A DNA stretch of 64,000 nt from Ostrea edulis (Eukaryota), in contig NC_079164.1 of NCBI RefSeq assembly GCF_947568905.1, forward strand, positions 24,738,001-24,802,000, read 5' to 3'. Position numbers and translations under genes: made by a program. The notes below the pieces were generated by a model, which saw nothing but the letters and a program-made list of their open reading frames with translations, was not told where the DNA came from and ran no database searches. Positions within the stretch are counted from its first letter, which is position 1, and each line of letters starts with the position of its first letter. Shown here piece by piece: positions 35,486 to 44,616 of the stretch.

Positions 35486-35713
35486 ATGAGCCGAGTACCG
35501 AGTCCTCCCATCAAGAACCACAACCTGGTCCCGGAGGATCAGCGTGAGGACTGGGATGCCGAGCTGGAACTGGTACAGCGGCCCCCGGGGCGCATTGTGT
35601 TCCAACCCGACGACTCATATGAGTGGCACTTCTTCTATGAAGGAGTGCCAGATGCCCCCAAGAAGCCGCTCAAGAGACGCCGCCGCCGAAACAAGAAGGC
35701 CGCCAGACAGTAA
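35486..35713 (+). CDS. Small acidic/basic protein with NLS (75 aa), function unknown
   Basis: ATG at the same position relative to the duplicated promoter as the RING gene; C-terminal PKKPLKRRRRRNKK; followed by a histone stem-loop. Confidence 0.65.
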   Translation: MSRVPSPPIKNHNLVPEDQREDWDAELELVQRPPGRIVFQPDDSYEWHFFYEGVPDAPKKPLKRRRRRNKKAARQ

Positions 35714-35761
35714 TGAGGTAATCAACCTCTAGACAGTGTGGGGGGCTTTCATAGTCCCCCC

Positions 35762-35798
35762 GGCCCTTTTCAGGGCCACCCACATCTTATGAAAAGAG
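35762..35798 (+). terminator. Histone-type 3' stem-loop plus HDE, copy 2
   Basis: GGCCCT-TTTC-AGGGCC-ACCCA (35762-35782) is the canonical consensus; GAAAAGAG follows at 35791-35798. Confidence 0.92.
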
Positions 35799-35875
35799 AC
35801 TGTATATGACAATGGTTGAGAGAAACAAAAACTAACACCAGTTGCACTTTTTTTTTATTAAGAAACTCGCTAAAG

Positions 35876-36208
35876 TTACACAGTGTTGATAGTTAATAAC
35901 TTGCCGTGTTCTTCATAGTCTCCCGTCATGTAACGTAGTCTTTCGGATGCGAGACTATTCTCATATGCTTTCCAACAACATAGAGGATGAACGAAATACC
36001 TCATGTTACGCTTCGTTCTCCAGTGTTTCATTTGAATCAATCCTCTTAACGTTTGTTGATCTCGGGTCATGATCAAATACTGGTATTCACTCTGAACGAT
36101 TTTAACGATATCCTCCGGTCCTGCATTGTCTAAGATAAAAGTCCATGCCATACTTTGAGGAGTTTCTCTCACGCCTTTGACTCTTCTATAAACTGGCACG
36201 TAATCCAT
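35876..36208 (-). CDS. Degenerate circovirus-type Rep N-terminal (HUH fold) protein 2 (110 aa)
   Basis: PQSMAWTFILDNAGPEDIVKI aligns with circovirus PQPHKRWVFTLNNPSEDERKKI. YLIM...TLRGLIQM corresponds to YFIV...HLQGFANF, and it ends GDYEEHG. Confidence 0.65.
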   Translation of the reverse strand: MDYVPVYRRVKGVRETPQSMAWTFILDNAGPEDIVKIVQSEYQYLIMTRDQQTLRGLIQMKHWRTKRNMRYFVHPLCCWKAYENSLASERLRYMTGDYEEHGKLLTINTV

Positions 36209-36294
36209 GTCTAAGTAGACTGATTTTTTAATTTGGGCAAACCTGTCTTATATAGGTACACACAACACAGATTTTTTTTTTTTTAATTTTTATT

Positions 36295-36352
36295 TTGTAA
36301 ACAATTAAACATTTGAACAATTAAACATTTGAACAATTAAACATTTGAACAA
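36295..36352. repeat. 16-bp tandem repeat (ACAATTAAACATTTGA) downstream of the protease gene
   Basis: About 3.5 copies. Confidence 0.85.
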
Positions 36353-36856
36353 TTACATCAGTGACAAGTTAATACCATGACATTGACAACTTTGTCCTTT
36401 ATGGGTTCTAGGTTTACGAAATGTCTCTTTAAACCATTGGGCTAGATAACGATCTCGTTGTAACGCCGTGCCTTTCCAGGGAAGTAACCAATCTTGAACC
36501 GTTTTTCTTTTACGATGGCGTTGATGTAGATAATACACACAATATTGGCCACAGACATCCGTGTTCAACGCTTGATAACAATTCGTGTTATGAATCCAAG
36601 TGTCGCCGAGGCGTCGCATAAACGCTTTGATTTCTTGATGCATCGGGGGTAATCCGTAAGAATCAAAATATTCTATGATGGGGCTGTTCAAATACAAACA
36701 CACCCAGTGGGCTCCGGGGCGATGATGAGGGTCTGTATTGATCACGATCGCTTTTTGGTGGGGTAAGATCTCCGGTAATACATCTCTAGGATACACACCT
36801 CCAAACGCAGGGCCTAAATCTCGAGATAAGACGTCTCTCAATTGATACGTGTCCAT
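36353..36856 (-). CDS. Adenain/Ulp1-like maturation cysteine protease (167 aa)
   Basis: INTD....PGAHWVC, EYFDSYG and YQ....DVCGQYC give the His/Asp/Cys triad plus Gln. Confidence 0.95.
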   Translation of the reverse strand: MDTYQLRDVLSRDLGPAFGGVYPRDVLPEILPHQKAIVINTDPHHRPGAHWVCLYLNSPIIEYFDSYGLPPMHQEIKAFMRRLGDTWIHNTNCYQALNTDVCGQYCVYYLHQRHRKRKTVQDWLLPWKGTALQRDRYLAQWFKETFRKPRTHKGQSCQCHGINLSLM

Positions 36857-38259
36857 CAGTAATCGATGCTGACTTCTCGTTGTTTGTTGATTTCTAGCAA
36901 ATTGTCAAAGACGGCATACACCACGCAGTTTAAGGTCGTCGCTATGCTGTCGGCAAATTGTACTTCTACTCTCAGGTTCTCCGTCTGTATGAGATGAAAT
37001 TTATCCGTCTGAGCTTCTTGATCTTTGGTGAAATCCATACACCATAGGGTGTAACCGTTTTTATACTCTTCCAGAGTAATGTCGGGAGCCCAATCTTGCC
37101 CTAATTTTCCCAATCCTTTGTACAGACTTAAATACGATCTCAGATACTGATCGGCCGTGAAATTCGGTTCCAGGGGACGAGTTTCCATCATGTCTCCATT
37201 GATACTGACTTCTAATTTTTTGATTTTCTGATTTTGGAAATTAAACGGATTTTTATCATCATCCCCGTTAAAGGCGGCGTTTTCCACAAACCCCAAGAGG
37301 ATGAGTTTGGGCATCTGACCTTGGAATAGGTGATCGGTGATTTTCGATTGGGTCCCGGTGGGGATCGTGAACGTTTTCACTTCCACTCTTCTCAATGGGT
37401 ATTTAGCTGTTTGAGTACTCAGCTGTTGATTGATCAGATTGATGATCGTTGGAGTCGGTTTGACTTTTCTCACCCACAACACCATACTTTGAATGACTAC
37501 TTTCCCACTACTTCCGGCATCGGTCATCATGTAGAATTGAGGTCTGGTACGATTGAATCGGAGACGGACGTCTACTCCGTTCGGCAGACATTTCTCTTGC
37601 TGAAACAAATCCAGATGTAAACGGTCCATCAAGACAATTTCCTTACTGTTATTTATTTTGTGGTGACGTTTTCTCAACCCCACATTCTGAGAATCGTTGG
37701 GATATATTGGGGTAGGGATGACAGCATTGATGTTGACTTTATCATTAGCTACGGGAAATTCCTTTGGAGGTTGAACCAGAGCAGAATACTCTCGATCTTC
37801 CATTTGACCGGCGGTATCTTTTTCCCACAAGGTACAGGCTCTCATCTGAGTTTTCAGAGTTTTGGGGGCATAAGACAGTAATTTTTCCAAGTAGGCTTTG
37901 TACGGGTAAGTATCCGTTCCGGGGGTAATGACTTTCCCATTGAGACTCACATCGATTTCACTGAATAAGGAATGTAAGATGTTATTGACCGGGGTAGAAG
38001 TAGAACCCGCTCCCGTGAGAGCCGTCCCGTCTGCTTTGGTGAATTTACAGACCATCTGGAGATACGATTGAGATAAATCCAGATATTCATCTCCTTGACC
38101 TTTGATTTCAAATTCAATGGTAGCCGTATCCGAATTTAACGTACTGGAAATCGGATAATATTCCATCCATTTAGAGTCTTCTAAAGTGACGTTTGTCGGG
38201 GGAACTTTAAACAGTTCCAAACTGTCGGTCCCGCACGCGCAGGATTCTCTGTGCATCAT
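36856..38259 (-). CDS. Major capsid protein (double jelly-roll, hexon-like; 467 aa)
   Basis: [49 protein letters not shown] and YPLRRVEVK are typical Polinton MCP blocks. Confidence 0.93.
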   Translation of the reverse strand: MMHRESCACGTDSLELFKVPPTNVTLEDSKWMEYYPISSTLNSDTATIEFEIKGQGDEYLDLSQSYLQMVCKFTKADGTALTGAGSTSTPVNNILHSLFSEIDVSLNGKVITPGTDTYPYKAYLEKLLSYAPKTLKTQMRACTLWEKDTAGQMEDREYSALVQPPKEFPVANDKVNINAVIPTPIYPNDSQNVGLRKRHHKINNSKEIVLMDRLHLDLFQQEKCLPNGVDVRLRFNRTRPQFYMMTDAGSSGKVVIQSMVLWVRKVKPTPTIINLINQQLSTQTAKYPLRRVEVKTFTIPTGTQSKITDHLFQGQMPKLILLGFVENAAFNGDDDKNPFNFQNQKIKKLEVSINGDMMETRPLEPNFTADQYLRSYLSLYKGLGKLGQDWAPDITLEEYKNGYTLWCMDFTKDQEAQTDKFHLIQTENLRVEVQFADSIATTLNCVVYAVFDNLLEINKQREVSIDY

Positions 38260-38335
38260 TTTTGAACGATGTGTTACTGATCGTTGTTAGGAATCAAATG
38301 GGTTCACCCCTCCCTCACATCTCCTTTTTATAGGT

Positions 38336-39604
38336 TCAGTCGAAAATGTCGAGAGATCGTTTCTTCTTACCCCGGACCGGTGCCTGGGGCTTTCTTTTAC
38401 GCGGTCCTCCTAAGAGACGTTGTTGAGAGGGGGTCTTGGACTGTCTCTTTCGATGTCCTCGTGCACCGGCCTGTCTTGTACGGGGTCCCCCTCTTGCTAA
38501 AAGACGATGTTTGGCCATACCGGCTGTATTCTTAGCGGCTCGTATACCATGTGTCTTAAGAGCGTCTTTGAGAGATCTCTTATTTTCTAAAACATCTAAC
38601 CCCGTCTTTGCGGCGGCCGTCAAAGCTTGTTTAGCTCCCGTTTTGAGTAAATCGGTAAAAAACCCTTTTCCTCTCTGTTTTCTTTTCTTTCTCCTCATAG
38701 CGGTTGCTAACGCCTCCCTATCGATAAAAAAGCCTTTTCCTCTCTGTTTTCTTCTTTTCTTTCTCCTCATAGTGGTTGCTAACGCTTGCCTTCCGTGAGT
38801 TCTGAGCGCTTGTTTGAGAGATCGTTTATTTTCTAAGACATCTAACCCCGTCCGGTACCCGGCTTTCATGGATTGTCGTGCTCCTCGTTTCACCATCCCC
38901 GCTAAAACACTATCCCCTTGACGGGATCTTAATTTTTGTTGAATTCTCGGCATGGCCATACGACCCGTATTTTTGATGGCTTGTATTCCGTGTGTCTTGA
39001 TGGCATCTTTGAGAGACCGTTTATTTTCTAAGACATCTAATCCTGTTTTAGCGACTGCTGATAAAGCACTTTTAGCTCCCGATTTGAGCAAATCGGTGAA
39101 TAAACCTTTTCCCCATTGCGTGGGGTTAACCTTTTTGAGGAAATCGACGAAACCTGCCCTCCCTTTGCCCCCTTGTGGTGGCGGTATTATATTGGGCAAG
39201 GAAAATCCTCCGATGACTTTAGCGGCCGTGTTAACAAGCCCACGAGCCAAACTCTTGGACCAATCTCCAAAATATCCATCGCCTGTTTGTGATGCGGGGG
39301 TCCCTCCCAGTAACCCTCCAACGACCTGACCGATCACGGGAGCCGCTAGTTTACCGACTGTTTTTAAGAGACTACCCCATCCATGACCCCGCTGGTGTAA
39401 TAAACCTCGTTGATACTGAATCTTTGTCGAGACTGACCCCTTTCAGACCCTTACCCGCTTTTTATACTTTTTGCGACCCCTCTTTTTTCTTTTCATACCT
39501 TTACCCCCTTGAACGGCCCCGGCTATGGCACTAGCAATCAAAGGGAGGAGAATGGTGAATAATCCGTGTCCTTTCTGTCGTCTGACTCCGCGATGATACT
39601 TCAT
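38336..39604 (-). pseudogene. Basic QxGxG-repeat virion core-like protein (422 codons) with one in-frame TGA at 39443-39445
   Basis: ATG at 39604 is in frame with ORF 38336-39337. Eight QxGxG motifs, three GLDVLENKRSLK repeats, and a K/R-rich tail. Confidence 0.7.
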
Positions 39605-39623
39605 CGTCACACGACTTTTCTCT

Positions 39624-40608
39624 TCAATACACTTTTCGGAAATGAAGTTTCACGATCGTTCTTCCATTTAAAAAGGGCATGACACTACCCAGAGAGGTCA
39701 TGATGTGAATATCGATGGTATCGAAATGTTTTTTACTCAGTTTCAAATATTCTGCTCGGATAGGTTCCCATTTGGCTTGTTGTCTATCATCTTGATGAAA
39801 GGTACAAGGAACCACTCTTAATAATTTCAATTCGTTGGACCCCACCACCTGTGGATCCACCACATCGCAATACACGTACATGGATTTCAGATTTTCGTAC
39901 AAATCCATGGTGTCGTTAGCTAAGTAAGTCACGTTCAACCACTTAGTCATGGGTTCATTGGGAATGATGAGTTTCTCACTCCCCATTCCGAGTTTGTAAG
40001 CTAAGGATAGGGGAAAACGGATGGATGCGGCTGTTTTTTTAAGTGAACTACCATTAATCTGATACATGACTCGGTCATATTTCTCGGAAGTACACTAATT
40101 TCATAGAATTCCCTTCTCGCGGATCGCCGAGTGTTTTCCATATCTTTTTGAATGTTCTGTGCAAGGCTTCATTGATTTCATCGATTAAAGCCGTGGAATG
40201 AATGTAAGCCCCGGCTCTAAAGTGAATTCGATAAATAGTCATCATACCGTTGAGTGGAATGATATTCCCCCAAAGCGTATCGATCCAATCAACCAGTACA
40301 GCACAACGGTTTAAAGGGATCGAGTTTTTTTTGGTCAGTGTAAATCGCCCCCATTTAAACGTATCTGGATTTTTAATCTGTGGGATGTAAGGTGTAGGGA
40401 TAAGGATGTCAAAATAAGCCTCTTCCTCTGTAATGTTTTTCAAGGCATTGGTATACATCATTTCGGTTAGCCCTACTTCCCATTCTCCGTCCGTTAAATC
40501 CAGGGTTTGTGGTAATAAGGTTTTAAATTGAGCACCCGTATTATTTGGAAAAGCTTCCACAGATCCGTCACTGAGGAGAGTCATGTAAAACCCTTCTCGT
40601 TGAGCCAT
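39624..40608 (-). pseudogene. Minor capsid protein (penton-like) with a 1-nt frameshift at ~40086-40089
   Basis: N-terminus FYMTL.SD.S...FP.NT..F...LP..LDL...WEVGL.E and C-terminus YVYCDVV.P..VG...LLRVV...LHFRK. Removing one base gives a continuous 327-aa ORF. Confidence 0.88.
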
Positions 40609-40785
40609 GATGATTCAAATGATGACCATGTTTCCGTTCCTTCTCTATTTATACTCATAACACATTGAACATTTTCATATTTTATTGAACATACAACATA
40701 ATGTTAATACACAATTTTACAGGTCATTCTTCTTGATCGCGACCACCACCGTAAGTCAACGATTGTAGAAAGGAGTCTTCCAACT

Positions 40786-41181
40786 CTAGTGTTCCTCTCT
40801 CTCGTCTAAACGGCGGCGCATCATCAGATAGTGTCGGGTTCCCCAGCAATCGGCCACATCATACCCCTCCTGTAATATGTCTTTGAAATGTCGAAGACAG
40901 TCCTCGGAATTGTCAAACCAAGGACTCTCAATCAATGTCCATTCCGATTCGTGTTCTCGTCCGAAACATCCCCAATGGGCTTTCACTTTCCAACGAAAAT
41001 CTTGATACTTGGTCTTCACGATAAAGGCTGACCATCCGTGAGGTATCAGTATACGTTTGTACAAGTACACCGGTTGATCTAACACTTTGTGTTGTTTACA
41101 ATGTCTCAAACACATCTTCTTATCCGCAAACCATGCCGTTTTCGTTCCCTCTTGTTTCCATGCGTACTGTGTGTTAGCCAT
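40786..41181 (-). CDS. Hypothetical Polinton protein (131 aa)
   Basis: Co-oriented ORF in the core block whose start overlaps the previous stop; no recognisable domain. Confidence 0.55.
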   Translation of the reverse strand: MANTQYAWKQEGTKTAWFADKKMCLRHCKQHKVLDQPVYLYKRILIPHGWSAFIVKTKYQDFRWKVKAHWGCFGREHESEWTLIESPWFDNSEDCLRHFKDILQEGYDVADCWGTRHYLMMRRRLDEREEH

Positions 41182-41461
41182 GGTGAACTGGTGAATCTGA
41201 AGAAGATCGTTCCTGTTTTATACTTGGGCTCGCTAACGTCATTTGTGGACTAGGCATGACGTAGCCTACGAGAGAACTTAATGTGACCATCCAAAAATCA
41301 CGATTGGAATCGCCTAAGGCTAACATCACGACCGACGTAATAATGATTGTTAAACACAGGAATAATTGTGCAAAATACACAATTTCTGCTCGAGGGACTT
41401 TTTCACCCAAGAATTTCCATTGGACGGTCATGGCAGAATGAGATCCGCTTGCGGAATCCAT
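41174..41461 (-). CDS. Small two-helix membrane protein (95 aa)
   Basis: Hydrophobic IVYFAQLFLCLTIIITSVVMLAL and FWMVTLSSLVGYVMPSP segments. Confidence 0.7.
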   Translation of the reverse strand: MDSASGSHSAMTVQWKFLGEKVPRAEIVYFAQLFLCLTIIITSVVMLALGDSNRDFWMVTLSSLVGYVMPSPQMTLASPSIKQERSSSDSPVHHG

Positions 41462-42519
41462 GAGTCAAAACTAGGGGGATATCCTTTCCAACGCACTTTG
41501 ACTTCTGAAATGACTTTTTTCCCCACGCGGCGCTTTTTATACCCTAAGATCTCCTCCACTTCGTAGACATCGTCTTTTTTAATTACTGCTTGCAATTCTT
41601 TATCGTAAAACGTTCCTTCTAATTCTTCTCCATGGTCGTCTTTAATTCGATATACGTTGCGTCCTGGAACTTTTCTGGAAATGGTAAACAATTCTGTCGT
41701 CCAATTCGGTAAATAGCCTTTTTCAAATGTACGTTTCGCTTTACTGATCCGTACACGATATCCCGCTTGTAATGAAGAGGTCGATGATAGTCTCTGTTTT
41801 CCGTACAAGGTTTTCCATACTTTCAAGACGTTCTTGGCATTGACTTGAGCAGGAGCTCTCTGAATACTACGATGATACGTGTGATTGTAACCGTGTACCA
41901 GATCGGGTAAAACATCCACATACCGTCGTGTTTTATGACGTGTAAAATATCGCCACATACGTGCTTTCAGGGTGCGTTGAAAACGCTCCACGATACTGGC
42001 TTTGGTTTCGGCATTACGCGTCGTAAAGAAATGAATGGATTTGAAGGCTTGCAGAAATTCTTTATTTGTGAATTCTCTCCCTTGATCCGATTGAATGCGA
42101 ACGGGGCGACGTCCGTCTCGAAATATCCATTTGAGGCCTCGTATCATTTCTTTCCCCGTTTTCTGTTTTAAAGGCACCACCCACGCATATTTCGACAACA
42201 CGTCAATCGCACACAATAAAAACGTATACCCATCATTGTATTTCTTCAAGTTCGAGACGTCGGCTAAATCTAACTGCCATTGTTCGTCTATATCCGTCAC
42301 TCGCGTCTGTTGTCTTTTAAATTTCCGACGTATGGGTTTATGTAGGGTATACGTATCCTGTTCTTTGAACCATTCTCGAATTTGAGCAAGAGTAATCTTA
42401 TGACCTAATTTATGCACTTGCCGGTATAAAGCCTGTACTCCTCCATACCCTGTCTTAGGGTCGTAATAAAGTCGCTGTAAGATCTGATTCCTAGATTTTT
42501 TCATGGTAGCGTTAACCAT
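41428..42519 (-). CDS. Retroviral-like DDE integrase with C-terminal chromodomain (363 aa)
   Basis: WQLDLAD, IQSDQGREF and KASIVERFQRTLK give the D-D-E triad; chromodomain YEVEEIL...KVRWKGY...DSWIP. Confidence 0.96.
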   Translation of the reverse strand: MVNATMKKSRNQILQRLYYDPKTGYGGVQALYRQVHKLGHKITLAQIREWFKEQDTYTLHKPIRRKFKRQQTRVTDIDEQWQLDLADVSNLKKYNDGYTFLLCAIDVLSKYAWVVPLKQKTGKEMIRGLKWIFRDGRRPVRIQSDQGREFTNKEFLQAFKSIHFFTTRNAETKASIVERFQRTLKARMWRYFTRHKTRRYVDVLPDLVHGYNHTYHRSIQRAPAQVNAKNVLKVWKTLYGKQRLSSTSSLQAGYRVRISKAKRTFEKGYLPNWTTELFTISRKVPGRNVYRIKDDHGEELEGTFYDKELQAVIKKDDVYEVEEILGYKKRRVGKKVISEVKVRWKGYPPSFDSWIPQADLILP

Positions 42520-43271
42520 TTTCCAATTTCACGTGATGTCTTTTTACCAGCCTCCCTGATATTTTTAGGGGTCATCATTCGTCTGGGAGTTTCATAGAAA
42601 GATTGGTCAAAACCCGAGATTTCTTGAAATCCGCTCTCATCTTCATCTATAGGTTTAGGAGTACTGATTTTTCCGGGCTTGTCCATCGCTTTTATAACAT
42701 CACGATTGGTCACATATCCTTTAGGGGCATTCGTTTCTTTTAAAGCTTGGGCAAATTGCTGTAACCCTGCAGGGGGTTCACGATGTTTCAAAGGTTTTTG
42801 TCTCTGGGACTCGGTGATTAAATCCACGATATTGGAATCGGGGACCTTATGTCCTCTATAACTGATTTCTCCTTCTTTACTCCAAGTTAAGACTTTGGAT
42901 TTCTTGAGATGATCGAGTAATAAACCCGCTTTCTTTTGACTCGGTTTACTGACACTTTTGATAATCTGATCTTCTAATGCATTGGTATCTGCGGCTGTGG
43001 CACCTCCAGGCGTTGGTATTCCCACAGGTGGTGTCGGTGGTAAAGGTTTAGACGGAGTCTGTTGTCGTGCTTGTTGTAAATATTGTCGATATCGATGAAG
43101 TTGATGGCCATACAAAGCTACTTTTTCCCCCTCGGTTAAATCATCTCGATGTTCGATGTCATCTAATTCACTGCGTAACCCCACGGTCGATTGAAATTCG
43201 GGAGGCTTGGGTAATTTTCCCTTCAACTCATTCAGCATGGCTTCGGGTACTAATACCATTTTACGACTCAT
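42501..43271 (-). CDS. Conserved Polinton hypothetical protein (256 aa)
   Basis: M.RKMVLVPE start and LTWSKEGEISYRG..VPDSNIVDLI block; the usual neighbour upstream of the integrase. Confidence 0.7.
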   Translation of the reverse strand: MSRKMVLVPEAMLNELKGKLPKPPEFQSTVGLRSELDDIEHRDDLTEGEKVALYGHQLHRYRQYLQQARQQTPSKPLPPTPPVGIPTPGGATAADTNALEDQIIKSVSKPSQKKAGLLLDHLKKSKVLTWSKEGEISYRGHKVPDSNIVDLITESQRQKPLKHREPPAGLQQFAQALKETNAPKGYVTNRDVIKAMDKPGKISTPKPIDEDESGFQEISGFDQSFYETPRRMMTPKNIREAGKKTSREIGKWLTLP

Positions 43272-43612
43272 CTTCTATTGGGATATTTGCAAATTTTGTT
43301 AATTCCACAAACGAATGAAGCCAAACCTCCTTTCTGATTGAGTAACGCTCGTCGTTTTTTCACGGGTTGCGGCTGCACCATGCGTCTTAAGATGTGCTTC
43401 TTAGGACCAAGTTGTCGCTTCTGAGCGGGAGTGAGAGGAATCACCCCTTTTAATATATTGTACACGATCTCACAAATCTTTAGAATGCAGTCATTGGAAC
43501 AATATTTGATGACCTCTCTCTTTAATTTGGAGGAATAATGAGGAGCTGCTAAGGTTTGCAAGAGGGGTAAATGAGGTCTTAATCGGGATTCACACTTCTT
43601 CGTATCAGCCAT
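43268..43612 (-). CDS. Conserved small basic Polinton protein (114 aa from MADTKK)
   Basis: HLPLLQTL...ICEIVYNILKGVIPL...KRRALLNQKGG. The TATA at 43649-43656 favours the ATG at 43612. Confidence 0.75.
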   Translation of the reverse strand: MADTKKCESRLRPHLPLLQTLAAPHYSSKLKREVIKYCSNDCILKICEIVYNILKGVIPLTPAQKRQLGPKKHILRRMVQPQPVKKRRALLNQKGGLASFVCGINKICKYPNRR

Positions 43613-43659
43613 AGTGTAATAATGAAGGTCTGTGCACATTCCCCCTGCTTTTTATAGTG

Positions 43660-44604
43660 TTACGCGCTCGGGTGTTGGGGATTGAAACGCCCGTGATGAA
43701 CGGTCTCCTCGTGACGATCGCGGCTACTTTTCAAATTGTATTGCAGAGGACAATATCGACATTTGTATTTCTGCTTAGGGGTCGATGTGCTTAAGGGAGT
43801 AAAATGTGCCATACCCCCAAAGGTTTGACCAAAACTGGGTAAGGCTGTATCGGTGGTTCTGGATGTTCCTATGGGTCCTCGCATGGCTCGTTCCATTTTC
43901 TTTTCAGCTAATCCTTGTTTCAGTTCTGCTAAAGTCTTCGTTTTCCTGGGTGGGGTATTTTGAGGTGTCATATATTTCGAAAAAGGGATTTTCACGATGA
44001 GTTTAGGGGTCTTCTTCTTCTCAGGAAATTTAGCCATGCGCAAGAGATAAGGAGCCAGGACACTGGTTTTAGGATCGTGGGTCTTCCGGTGAATGATGAG
44101 TTTCGGAACTTTCTTAGGAACTTTAGGAACTTTCTTTTTTCTTTTCTTAGCTAAGGCTAAGAGGGAGGGGGGTAACACACGTGTTTTCTTTTGCTTCACG
44201 ACTCTCGCCACACTACGGGGACGTCTTTTACGTTTTTGCCCCGTTTCCCATTTGAACAAATGACGAATGATGGTCCCTCCTAAGAATCCGGCTCCACCCC
44301 GTTTCAAAATGGCTTTTTTACGATCTTCTTCATTCGCATTCTTATTGGCAATGACATTCAAGTCGTGACGATGTGCTTGAATGAAACGCCCCGTGAGTTT
44401 ATTCACGGGTAAGACTCCTCGTAATAAATTTTTAGCGCCCATGGCAAACCAGTTGAGTAAGGCTTTACGCCCTAATTCAATGAGATGGGCTCGTTGAACG
44501 GGATCCCGTTCCCGCTGTAAACGTCGTAACGTTTTCACTAATTTACTCTTGGCTGTAGGTCTACCCATGATGAAAGGTGTTTGTGAAATGAAATGAATAG
44601 TCAT
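43660..44604 (-). CDS. Basic protein; N-terminal domain paralogous to 43268-43612, K-rich tail, C-terminal C2H2 finger (314 aa)
   Basis: AMGAKNLLRGVLPV...RKKAILKRGGAGF; C-terminal YKCRYCPLQY...RDRHEETVH. Confidence 0.7.
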   Translation of the reverse strand: MTIHFISQTPFIMGRPTAKSKLVKTLRRLQRERDPVQRAHLIELGRKALLNWFAMGAKNLLRGVLPVNKLTGRFIQAHRHDLNVIANKNANEEDRKKAILKRGGAGFLGGTIIRHLFKWETGQKRKRRPRSVARVVKQKKTRVLPPSLLALAKKRKKKVPKVPKKVPKLIIHRKTHDPKTSVLAPYLLRMAKFPEKKKTPKLIVKIPFSKYMTPQNTPPRKTKTLAELKQGLAEKKMERAMRGPIGTSRTTDTALPSFGQTFGGMAHFTPLSTSTPKQKYKCRYCPLQYNLKSSRDRHEETVHHGRFNPQHPSA

Positions 44605-44616
44605 TCATAATGATAT

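Noticed and set aside
35173-35605. Minus-strand ORFs over the duplicated promoter (also 33179-33424)
   Set aside because: Their similarity is explained by the DNA duplication. They show no domain, are antisense to the TATA/ATG architecture and have different starts in the two copies.
33492-35713. A histone gene upstream of the histone stem-loops
   Set aside because: Neither plus-strand ORF nor the alternative frames show a histone fold or histone tail motifs.
37330-39534. Plus-strand ORFs antisense to MCP and the QxGxG gene
   Set aside because: Shadow frames of well-supported minus-strand genes.
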